A stretch of DNA of 64,000 nt from Sediminibacterium sp. (GTDB lineage: Bacteria > Bacteroidota > Bacteroidia > Chitinophagales > Chitinophagaceae), in the NCBI GenBank assembly GCA_044372715.1, contig JBILRH010000001.1, positions 850 to 64,849 on the forward strand. Direction: 5' to 3'. The position numbers and the translations under genes are program-made. Position 1 is the stretch's first letter. Every line of letters starts with the position of its first letter. Shown piece by piece: positions 1-8,024 of this stretch. Under the pieces are notes generated by a model that saw nothing but the letters and a program-made list of their open reading frames with translations, did no database searches and had not been told where the DNA came from.

Positions 1-65
1 AGTTCCAAAATAGCTATGGCATCTTTTTTATAGCAATATTCATTACATTGCAATAAATAATTGTT

Positions 66-812
66 ATGGCACAGGAATGGCAAATGGGAATTGTTACAAA
101 AATTGTGGATGAAACCCATAGTACCAAAAGATATTGGATACAGATGCCAGCAATGGAAAAATTTGATTTTACGCCAGGACAATTTGTAACACTCGACCTT
201 CCTATCCATGAGCAAAAAAATAAAAGATGGAGAAGTTATTCTATTGCTTCCGCTCCAGATGGTAGCAATACTATTGAATTGGTTATTGTATTGAATGAAT
301 TTGGCTTAGGAACTCCTTATTTATTCAAAGAAGTAGCTGTAGGTTCTGAATTAACATTGAGAGGACCTCAAGGTAAATTCACCATGCCGGAAAATTTAGA
401 TAAAGATCTTTACTTAATTTGTACAGGAACTGGAATTGCTCCTTTCCGTTCAATGGCAAATTTTATTCATACTACTAAACTTCCTCATCAACAAGTACAT
501 ATTATTTTCGGTTGTAGAAAATTTGAAGATGGATTGTACATTAACGAATTAAAAGCGCTAGAAAAAGAATTAACAGGCTTCCATTTTCATCCTTGTTATT
601 CCAGAGAAGAAAATATTTCAGAAGGTCAACACAAGGGATATGTGCACGATGTATATGAGCAATTATTAAATGCTGCAAAATCGGCAGATGGTGCTTTGCC
701 TGAGGCTTATTTTTATCTTTGCGGATGGAAGAATATGATCGATAGCGCCAAAGAAAAAATTGTTGCACTTGGATACGATAAAAAAGCCATACACTTAGAG
801 CTTTACGGTTAA
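66..812 (+). CDS. FAD/NAD(P)-binding oxidoreductase (ferredoxin-NADP reductase-like)
   Basis: FNR-family motifs RSYSIAS, GPQGKF, CTGTGIAPF, YLCGW and C-terminal HLELYG. Confidence 0.85.
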   Translation: MAQEWQMGIVTKIVDETHSTKRYWIQMPAMEKFDFTPGQFVTLDLPIHEQKNKRWRSYSIASAPDGSNTIELVIVLNEFGLGTPYLFKEVAVGSELTLRGPQGKFTMPENLDKDLYLICTGTGIAPFRSMANFIHTTKLPHQQVHIIFGCRKFEDGLYINELKALEKELTGFHFHPCYSREENISEGQHKGYVHDVYEQLLNAAKSADGALPEAYFYLCGWKNMIDSAKEKIVALGYDKKAIHLELYG

Positions 813-904
813 CGGATAAATGAACGGATTAACGGATCGATTAAAAAATCTTTTAACTTATGGCGTTCTCCATTAACGTTCCCATTAAGTTATGGCATTC
901 CCCA

Positions 905-2371
905 TTAACTTACTGCATTTAATACCAACTGCTTCACCTCACTTAATGCAATTCTTTCTTGTTTCATCGAATCGCGGTAGCGAATGGTTACCATATTGTC
1001 TTCTTTGGTTTGATGGTCGATGGTAACGCAAAATGGCGTACCGATTGCATCCTGGCGTCTATAGCGTTTACCAATAGCATCTTTCTCTTCGTAAAAACAT
1101 TTGAAAGATCCTTTACAATCGTCCATTAATTGACGGGCAATTTCAGGCAAACCATCTTTTTTAACCAATGGAAGTATGGCTAATTTATTAGGAGCAATTT
1201 TTGCAGGAATTCTTAAAACAGTTCTACTATCAGTTGTTCCATCTTCTTTGGCAATGATTTCTTCTTCGTATCCATTACATAAAATCAATAAGAACATTCT
1301 GTCTAACCCAATAGAAGTTTCTACAACATAAGGAATATAGTTGCCAAATGGTTTACCAGTTGTTTCATCTATATCATTATCGAAATACTGTTGTTTCTTT
1401 TTACTGAATTCTTGATGGCTTTTTAAATCGAAATCGGTACGGCTATGTATACCTTCTAATTCTTTAAAACCAAAAGGAAATTCATATTCAATGTCTAATG
1501 CTGCATCGGCATAATGCGCTAGTTTAACATGATTGTGAAAACGGAATTTATCCGCAGGCAGGCCCAAACTCATATGCCATTTCATTCTTTCTTCTTTCCA
1601 GAAATTGTACCATTCCATTTGAGTTCCAGGTCTTACAAAAAATTGCATTTCCATTTGCTCAAATTCGCGCATGCGAAAAATAAATTGGCGTGCAACAATT
1701 TCATTGCGGAAAGCCTTACCTGTTTGTGCTATACCAAATGGAATTTTCATTCTAGCGGTCTTTTGCACATTCAAGAAGTTAACGAAAATTCCTTGTGCTG
1801 TTTCTGGTCTTAAATAAATGGTATCTGATTCTTCTGCAACCGAGCCCAATTGAGTAGAAAACATCAAATTGAATTGGCGGATCTCCGTCCAGTTTCCAGT
1901 TCCACTAACCGAACAAACAATTTTATTATCGGTGAGCAATTGTTTCAATCCTACAAAATCATCGGCCCCTAAAAGTTGCTCCATTTGAGCAATGATGGCA
2001 TCTGCTGTTGCATTATCTCCAGCTTCTCTAAATTGATCTGCTTTTGCTTCTATCAAATGATCTACACGGTACCTTTTTTGACTGTCTTTATTATCGATCA
2101 TCGGATCGCTGAAATTATCAACGTGACCGCTTGCTTTCCAGGTGGTTGGATGCATGAAAATAGCGGCATCAATACCCACAATATTATCATGTAGTTGAGT
2201 CATGCTCTTCCACCAATAATCGCGGATATTCTTTTTTAATTCCGAACCATTGGGGCCATAATCATAAACGGCACTTAATCCGTCGTAGATTTCGCTGCTA
2301 GGAAATACAAAGCCATATTCTTTGGCATGCGATATAATTGCTTGAAAGGTATTTTCGGTAGTATTGCTCAT
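905..2371 (-). CDS. glyQS: Glycine--tRNA ligase, homodimeric (alpha2) type
   Basis: YDYGPNG, LRPETAQGIF, GKAFRNEI..RQFIFRMREFEQME, ELEGIHSR, and anticodon-domain IGKRYRRQDAIGTPFCVTID. Confidence 0.97.
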   Translation of the reverse strand: MSNTTENTFQAIISHAKEYGFVFPSSEIYDGLSAVYDYGPNGSELKKNIRDYWWKSMTQLHDNIVGIDAAIFMHPTTWKASGHVDNFSDPMIDNKDSQKRYRVDHLIEAKADQFREAGDNATADAIIAQMEQLLGADDFVGLKQLLTDNKIVCSVSGTGNWTEIRQFNLMFSTQLGSVAEESDTIYLRPETAQGIFVNFLNVQKTARMKIPFGIAQTGKAFRNEIVARQFIFRMREFEQMEMQFFVRPGTQMEWYNFWKEERMKWHMSLGLPADKFRFHNHVKLAHYADAALDIEYEFPFGFKELEGIHSRTDFDLKSHQEFSKKKQQYFDNDIDETTGKPFGNYIPYVVETSIGLDRMFLLILCNGYEEEIIAKEDGTTDSRTVLRIPAKIAPNKLAILPLVKKDGLPEIARQLMDDCKGSFKCFYEEKDAIGKRYRRQDAIGTPFCVTIDHQTKEDNMVTIRYRDSMKQERIALSEVKQLVLNAVS

Positions 2372-2378
2372 AGAGGCG

Positions 2379-2386
2379 CAAAAATA
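2379..2386 (-). promoter_or_regulatory. Bacteroidota -7 promoter box (TATTTTTG) for glyQS
   Basis: Plus-strand CAAAAATA reads TATTTTTG on the minus strand, matching TAnnTTTG, 7 nt before the ATG. Confidence 0.6.
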
Positions 2387-2412
2387 AGTGATTCCAATTT
2401 TAAAAGGGCATC

Positions 2413-2757
2413 CTATTGCAACTTATCGTTTTGTTGGTGCCGATCTTTATCTCGAAGGGTTTTTTTAGCCATATTTTTCTCCAATGCCTTGGTTAAATCA
2501 ACCCCGGTTTGATTGGCCAAGCAAATCAATACCCAAAGCACATCGGCCATTTCATCTGCTAAATCATGGCCTTCATCGGATTTTTTAAAGGACTGTTCCC
2601 CATATTTACGAACCATTATACGGCTTAGCTCCCCTACTTCTTCCATCAAAATTCCCAAATTGGTGAGTTCATTAAAATACCGAACCCCAATGGTCTTGAT
2701 CCACTGATCTACTTTTTCTTGTGCTTCCGCAATGGTTAATGCATTTTGTTCACTCAT
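2413..2757 (-). CDS. MazG-like nucleotide pyrophosphohydrolase
   Basis: LMEEVGEL...DEMADVL all-alpha NTP-PPase motif, 114 aa. Confidence 0.88.
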   Translation of the reverse strand: MSEQNALTIAEAQEKVDQWIKTIGVRYFNELTNLGILMEEVGELSRIMVRKYGEQSFKKSDEGHDLADEMADVLWVLICLANQTGVDLTKALEKNMAKKTLRDKDRHQQNDKLQ

Positions 2758-2772
2758 AACTTGTCATTTATA

Positions 2773-2884
2773 TTTCTGCTTTCCTCTTTCTGCTTTCCTC
2801 TCTATTCTTTCTACTTTCTACTTTCTGCTTTCTTCTTTCTGCTTTCTGCTTTCTGCTTTCTGCTTTCTGCTTTCCTCTCTATTC
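2773..2884. repeat. Heptanucleotide tandem repeat, 16 in-register units (consensus TTTCTGC)
   Basis: Units TTTCTGC/TTTCCTC/TTTCTAC/TTTCTTC/TCTATTC read directly; the last unit overlaps the dtd stop codon. Confidence 0.92.
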
Positions 2885-3331
2885 TCTGTTCTTACTATCG
2901 ATTAGAATCGTAACAGGCCCATCATTGGTTAATTCAACCTGCATATCAGCTCCGAAAATACCGGTTTGAATGGGTTTGCCTAAATCAGCGCTTAATTGTT
3001 GAATCAATTGCTCATACAAAGGAATGGCTATTGTTGGTTTAGAAGCTTTAATATAAGAAGGTCGATTACCCTTTTGCGTGCTCGCATGCAAAGTGAACTG
3101 ACTGATTAATAAAATTCCTCCATCAAGCTCTTTCACCGAACAGTTCATTACACCTGCTGCATCGTTAAAAATGCGCAGATTCACCATTTTATTAGAAAGC
3201 CATTGAATGTCTTCCATAGAATCTGCGTCTTCTATACCTACCAATACCATCAATCCTTGTTGGATCGCCCCATTTAATTTTCCTTCAACACTAACTGATG
3301 CAGAAGATACCCGCTGAATAACTACACGCAT
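2879..3331 (-). CDS. dtd: D-aminoacyl-tRNA deacylase
   Basis: MRVVIQRV start, SQFTL and NDGPVT signatures. Start moved to the ATG at 3331 because the ORF-track extension overlaps arfB. Confidence 0.95.
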   Translation of the reverse strand: MRVVIQRVSSASVSVEGKLNGAIQQGLMVLVGIEDADSMEDIQWLSNKMVNLRIFNDAAGVMNCSVKELDGGILLISQFTLHASTQKGNRPSYIKASKPTIAIPLYEQLIQQLSADLGKPIQTGIFGADMQVELTNDGPVTILIDSKNRE

Positions 3332-3361
3332 TGCTTGATTTTTTATCCGAAATTTGACCCC

Positions 3362-3769
3362 ATGAAGATAGATATTAGCAAGGAAATTCAGTTTCAAACT
3401 GCAAGAAGTGGTGGAAAAGGAGGCCAAAACGTGAATAAAGTAGAAACCATGGTTGAGGGAAGGTGGTTAGTGGCCGAATCTTTGCTTTTTTCAGAAGAAC
3501 AGAAAACCATTATTTCCGAAAAACTAGCCAATAGAATTACAGGGGAAGGATATTTATTGGTAAAATCCCAGGAAGAAAGGTCTCAATTAGGCAATAAGGC
3601 AATTGTTATTGATAAAATCAACCGATTGCTTACAAGAGCTTTGGAAAAGCAAAGACCCCGAAAAGCAACAAAGCCCACAAAGGCTTCTAAAGAAAAAAGA
3701 ATTGAATCGAAAAAGAAGCTGGGCATTAATAAAATTTTTAGAAAAAAAATTGATGCCCGTAACCTATAG
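3362..3769 (+). CDS. arfB: Alternative ribosome rescue peptidyl-tRNA hydrolase ArfB (YaeJ)
   Basis: ARSGGKGGQNVNKVET (GGQ), QEERSQ..N, and a basic C-terminal tail RKATKPTKASKEKRI; ATG at 3362. Confidence 0.93.
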   Translation: MKIDISKEIQFQTARSGGKGGQNVNKVETMVEGRWLVAESLLFSEEQKTIISEKLANRITGEGYLLVKSQEERSQLGNKAIVIDKINRLLTRALEKQRPRKATKPTKASKEKRIESKKKLGINKIFRKKIDARNL

Positions 3770-3839
3770 CAAAACACTATTTTTACTGAGTAATTATAGC
3801 TATGGCAGATAGTTAAATAGAACGCATAAAAAAAGAGCA

Positions 3840-5351
3840 TTGAGCGAAATAAAAAAATTAGCAAGTCAAACCATGTGGTACGGGGTTCCTACAATTGCAA
3901 GTAGGTTTCTTGGCTACTTGATGAATCTCTCTTTGCCCTTGTTTTTTGCGCAGCCTTCGGTAACAGCAGATCTTACACAGATTTATGCGATGATCCCATT
4001 TTTAAACGTTTTGTTTACTTATGGTTTGGAAACCGCCTATTTCCGATTCAGCAAAGAAGAAGATCCACAAAAACTATACAGCACCTTATCATTGTCTTTG
4101 ATTGGCTCTACCATTTTATTTACTGGAATTACTTTGCTTTTTAGCAAACAAATTATAGGCTGGTCTAATCTAGATGCCCATCCTGAATACATTTATTGGA
4201 TGATTGCCATTATTTTTTTCGACGCAATCAGTACATTGGCTTTTGCGCGTTTGCGACAGGAAAACAAGCCCAGAAAATATGCTGTGGTAAGGCTTTCGAG
4301 TGTTCTGGTTAATTTTTTGAGTGTGTTGATTTTCTTGGGCATTATACCAAAATATATAATCGATCATCCAGCTAGCGACTTGTCTTTTTTTACCAATAAT
4401 GGAATTGGAATTGGTTATTATTTATTGGGAAATTTAGCAGGAAGTATCCTCACATTTATATTGCTGTTTAAAGAATTTAAACAGATTTCTTTTCAATTCA
4501 GCACTAACCTCTGGAATAAAGTAATGCAATACAGTTACCCATTGATTATTGTAGGAATGGGTGGAATGGTAAACGATATGCTGAGCAGGTTAATTTATCA
4601 GCATGTTGTTGATTTACCCGTTGAAGAAGCCAAACACGAGCTGGGCATTTTTGGAAATATTTATCGACTAGGCGTTTTAATTACCATTTTAATTCAAGCT
4701 TTTAGAATGGCAGCCGAGCCTTTCTTTTTTAAACAAAGTGGAGAAGAGCATGCTCAAAAGATTTATGCAAGGGTGATGAAGTTTTTTGTGATAGCCTGTT
4801 GTTATATGTTTTTATTCATCAGTTTATTTATTGAAATATTTGCCTGGCTTTTCAATGCCATTAATAAACCACTTTGGACAGAAGGATTATACATAGTTCC
4901 ATTGCTTGCATTGGGTAATATTTTTTTAGGGATCTATTATAATTTAAGTATCTGGTATAAATTAACCGATAAAAACAGAATGGGTGCCTATATCACAATA
5001 GCTGGTGCACTTATTACCATTGGATTAAACATTGTATTGATTCCTACATTGCATTATTTAGGTGCGGCGATTGCAACTTTTACTTGTTATTTTTTTATGA
5101 TGACTATCAGTTATTGGATGGGGCAAAAATTTTATCCAGTTCCTTATGCAACCAAAAAAAATATAGCATACTTGGTAATCATTTGTTTATTGTATGCAAT
5201 CCATAAATCGATACTATTTTTTGTTCCTCAACTTTGGGTAGGAATTTTAACCGGACTGGTTTTCATCGGATTGTTTTCTTGGCTTATTCTTTGGGCTGAG
5301 AAAAAAGAATTTCAACGAATTCCACTATTTAAAAAATTAATTCCCCAATAA
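3840..5351 (+). CDS. Polysaccharide/oligosaccharide flippase (MOP/Wzx-like)
   Basis: 503 aa with many hydrophobic helices; IKKLASQTMWYG, YGLETAYFRF and QAFRMAAEPFFF typical of Bacteroidota flippases; TTG start. Confidence 0.8.
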   Translation: MSEIKKLASQTMWYGVPTIASRFLGYLMNLSLPLFFAQPSVTADLTQIYAMIPFLNVLFTYGLETAYFRFSKEEDPQKLYSTLSLSLIGSTILFTGITLLFSKQIIGWSNLDAHPEYIYWMIAIIFFDAISTLAFARLRQENKPRKYAVVRLSSVLVNFLSVLIFLGIIPKYIIDHPASDLSFFTNNGIGIGYYLLGNLAGSILTFILLFKEFKQISFQFSTNLWNKVMQYSYPLIIVGMGGMVNDMLSRLIYQHVVDLPVEEAKHELGIFGNIYRLGVLITILIQAFRMAAEPFFFKQSGEEHAQKIYARVMKFFVIACCYMFLFISLFIEIFAWLFNAINKPLWTEGLYIVPLLALGNIFLGIYYNLSIWYKLTDKNRMGAYITIAGALITIGLNIVLIPTLHYLGAAIATFTCYFFMMTISYWMGQKFYPVPYATKKNIAYLVIICLLYAIHKSILFFVPQLWVGILTGLVFIGLFSWLILWAEKKEFQRIPLFKKLIPQ

Positions 5352-5417
5352 TCTAATAACTCAATGCTAATTATTTTAAACTCATAATTCTTAATTCATC
5401 TTTCTCAATTCCCAATA

Positions 5418-5894
5418 ATGGCCGAAGACTTATCCATCATAAAAGGTTCTAAAGAAGAACAATACCAAGCACTCATTCCGCAAATCAAAGGCTTGCTTGA
5501 TGGAGAGCCAGATTTAATTGCCAATCTAGCCAATATCGCTGCGGCATTGAAAGAGCAGTTTGGTTGGTTTTGGATAGGCTTTTATTTAGTAAAAAACGAC
5601 CAACTGGTTTTAGGACCTTTTCAAGGACCAGTAGCATGCACCAGAATTGCTAAAGGAAGAGGTGTTTGTGGAACTAGTTGGGCAGAAGCCAAAACACTAA
5701 TTGTTCCTGATGTAGAAAAATTTCCAGGACATATTGCATGTAGCAGTTTATCTAAATCAGAAATTGTAGTTCCATTGTTTCATAACAATCAAGTTATTGG
5801 TGTACTCGATGTAGATAGCAGCGAATTAGATAGCTTCGATACAACCGATCAACAATACTTAGAGCAAATTGTACAATTGATTCAATGGGATTGA
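5418..5894 (+). CDS. GAF-domain protein, free methionine-R-sulfoxide reductase (fRMsr/MsrC-like)
   Basis: WIGFY, LGPFQGPVAC, GRGVCG, HIAC, SEIVVP, LDVDS. Confidence 0.85.
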   Translation: MAEDLSIIKGSKEEQYQALIPQIKGLLDGEPDLIANLANIAAALKEQFGWFWIGFYLVKNDQLVLGPFQGPVACTRIAKGRGVCGTSWAEAKTLIVPDVEKFPGHIACSSLSKSEIVVPLFHNNQVIGVLDVDSSELDSFDTTDQQYLEQIVQLIQWD

Positions 5895-5899
5895 ATTCC

Positions 5900-6241
5900 T
5901 TTTTATGAATCAACTGTTATGTGTATCCCAAATTCGCTCTGTTGCTAAATACCTATAATTTTCTCAATCGGCTACAATGAAATAACTCGCCCCGATTGGT
6001 TTATGCTCATAGATATTGCAACGCTCTCTGATGAGAAATGCATTGCTTTTTTTGAGGGGTACTTATTGCTGCATTTCTCAAAGGTTCACTTTTGCAATAT
6101 CTATAAGCCTTATATGGAAATAGTTAGCTCAGAGAGTCGGGGCTCAAACAGATTTCATTGTTTACGCCTCTTTCGAAAATTATTTTACGGTATTTAGCAA
6201 AGGATCTCATTTGGAATAGCCCATTCCAGTTTTCATGAAAA
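5900..6241. other. Long interrupted inverted repeat (~340-nt rod-like fold-back), candidate structured ncRNA/UTR
   Basis: Nine nested complementary blocks, e.g. 5942-5953/6189-6200 (12 bp perfect), 5974-5983/6152-6161 (10 bp), 6009-6021/6092-6104 (13 bp), 6032-6042/6070-6080 (11 bp). Confidence 0.8.
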
Positions 6242-6285
6242 AAATGTTGTAAAACTCATCAAAAACCCATTTATTTTAAATTCAT

Positions 6286-6293
6286 TAGCTTTG
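6286..6293 (+). promoter_or_regulatory. -7 promoter box (TAGCTTTG) for the DEAD-box helicase
   Basis: Matches TAnnTTTG, ~115 nt upstream of the GTG start. Confidence 0.55.
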
Positions 6294-6408
6294 CAATATT
6301 CATATAGGCTCTCGGTTAGGCTGGAATCTACTTCAGTGACAAGGTAATCCCCAAATAGTTAGGTTATATAGCATCTGTAAATCAGGTGTTCATTATTAAA
6401 TACATATT

Positions 6409-7653
6409 GTGTTATTCAAAGAATTACAACTTATCGAGCCCATATTGAAGGCGCTCGAAACAGAAGGGTATACTATACCCACCCCCATTCAACAACAGGC
6501 AATTCCTTTGGCTTTAGAAGGCAAAGATCTGCTTGGTTGTGCTCAAACTGGAACTGGTAAAACAGCTGCTTTTGCCATCCCTATTTTACAGTTGGTATAT
6601 CAATCCATTCAAAATGGCAATCGTTCAAAAACAATTAAAGCATTGGTATTAACTCCAACAAGAGAGTTGGCCATTCAAATTGATGAAAGCTTTGCGGCTT
6701 ATGGCAGATACCTTTATTTGAAACACCAGGTAATATTTGGTGGTGTGTCTCAAGTACCTCAAGTAAATGCATTGAGAAATGGTGTAGATATTTTAGTGGC
6801 TACACCAGGTAGATTATTAGACTTGATGCAACAAGGATATATTCGTTTAAACGATTTAAACTTTTTTGTATTGGATGAAGCCGATCGTATGTTAGACATG
6901 GGATTTATCAACGATGTAAAAAAGATTGTTGCCAAATTACCTGCTAAAAAACAAACCTTGTTTTTCTCGGCAACCATGCCTACAGAAATTGAAAAGTTAT
7001 CTGCTACCCTTTTACACAATCCTGCTAAAGTAGAAGTTACTCCTGTTTCTTCTACCGTTGAAAAAATTGAACAGGCAGTTTATTATGTAGAGAAAGACCA
7101 GAAAAAACATTTGCTAATTCATTTACTAAAAGACAAAGCCATACAAACGGCATTGGTTTTCACCAGAACAAAACATGGTGCAGATAAAGTAGTGAAAGAA
7201 TTATCAAGGGTGGGCATTTCTGCTGAAGCCATTCATGGCAATAAATCTCAAAATGCCCGTCAACGTGCATTAAGTAATTTCAAAGCAGGCACAACAAGAA
7301 TTTTAGTGGCAACAGATATTGCTGCTAGAGGTATTGATGTAGATCAATTATCGCATGTATTCAATTTTGAATTACCCAATATTCCTGAAACCTATGTTCA
7401 TCGCATTGGCAGAACGGGAAGAGCTGGTGCAAGTGGCATGGCAGTTTCATTCTGTGATTCAGAAGAAAGACCTTATTTAAATGATATTCAAAAATTAATA
7501 AAAATTACGCTTCCTGTTGTAAAAGAACATGAATTTGTATCTTCTATACCTTTGAATGCAGCTGCAGTTAAAGTACAACAATCTAGACCTACTTCTAGAG
7601 GCAGATTCACCAATCAAAAAACCAGTTACAACAGAAGTGCTGCTAAGCGTTAA
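6409..7653 (+). CDS. DEAD-box ATP-dependent RNA helicase (RhlE-like)
   Basis: Q motif [46 protein letters not shown]. Confidence 0.95.
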   Translation: MLFKELQLIEPILKALETEGYTIPTPIQQQAIPLALEGKDLLGCAQTGTGKTAAFAIPILQLVYQSIQNGNRSKTIKALVLTPTRELAIQIDESFAAYGRYLYLKHQVIFGGVSQVPQVNALRNGVDILVATPGRLLDLMQQGYIRLNDLNFFVLDEADRMLDMGFINDVKKIVAKLPAKKQTLFFSATMPTEIEKLSATLLHNPAKVEVTPVSSTVEKIEQAVYYVEKDQKKHLLIHLLKDKAIQTALVFTRTKHGADKVVKELSRVGISAEAIHGNKSQNARQRALSNFKAGTTRILVATDIAARGIDVDQLSHVFNFELPNIPETYVHRIGRTGRAGASGMAVSFCDSEERPYLNDIQKLIKITLPVVKEHEFVSSIPLNAAAVKVQQSRPTSRGRFTNQKTSYNRSAAKR

Positions 7654-7660
7654 ATGTTTT

Positions 7661-7720
7661 AAGTAAATTATGGTAACTTTATTTGATTAACTATCCATAA
7701 AGTTACCGTAGTTATTACTT
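7661..7720 (+). terminator. Stem-loop after the helicase stop codon (probable terminator or stabiliser)
   Basis: 7669-7682 pairs with 7697-7710 (one G-U), extended by AAGTAA/TTACTT. Confidence 0.55.
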
Positions 7721-7924
7721 TAGACGAGTGAAGAAAAAATCAAGCTGCAAGCCTTAACTATTTAGGCATTCCTTCAATTGGTTTAGCATAGAATGATTCT
7801 AGCTCTAGAAGTGTTTTACAGTGTATCTGAAATCATAGAGATTAGACTATGCTTGATAAAAAACCAGATTGAAGATCAGGGTGGAAATATTTCGGTTTTA
7901 CCATACAATTTTAGTAAAAACCCC

Positions 7925-7932
7925 TATTTTTG
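7925..7932 (+). promoter_or_regulatory. -7 promoter box (TATTTTTG) for tRNA-Leu
   Basis: TAnnTTTG 10 nt upstream of the tRNA 5' end. Confidence 0.65.
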
Positions 7933-7942
7933 CTGCCCAAAT

Positions 7943-8024
7943 GCGGATGTGGCGAAATTGGCAGACGCACTAGACTTAGGATCTAGCGCCGCGAGGCATG
8001 TAGGTTCGACCCCTATCATCCGCA
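7943..8024 (+). tRNA. tRNA-Leu (anticodon TAG)
   Basis: Acceptor GCGGATG/CATCCGC+A, D-loop AATTGGCAGAC, anticodon arm CTAGA-CTTAGGA-TCTAG, long variable arm, GGTTCGAC T-loop; CCA not encoded. Confidence 0.97.

Noticed and set aside
2773-2884. Possible CRISPR array
   Set aside because: 7-nt tandem units without unique spacers; no cas genes.
3332-3427. N-terminal extension of dtd (and the TTG extension of arfB) in the ORF track
   Set aside because: The extensions overlap each other; the canonical starts MRVVIQRV (3331) and MKIDIS (3362) fit better.
6003-6197. 64-aa ORF inside the long fold-back
   Set aside because: No recognisable motifs; better explained as a chance ORF in a structured non-coding element.
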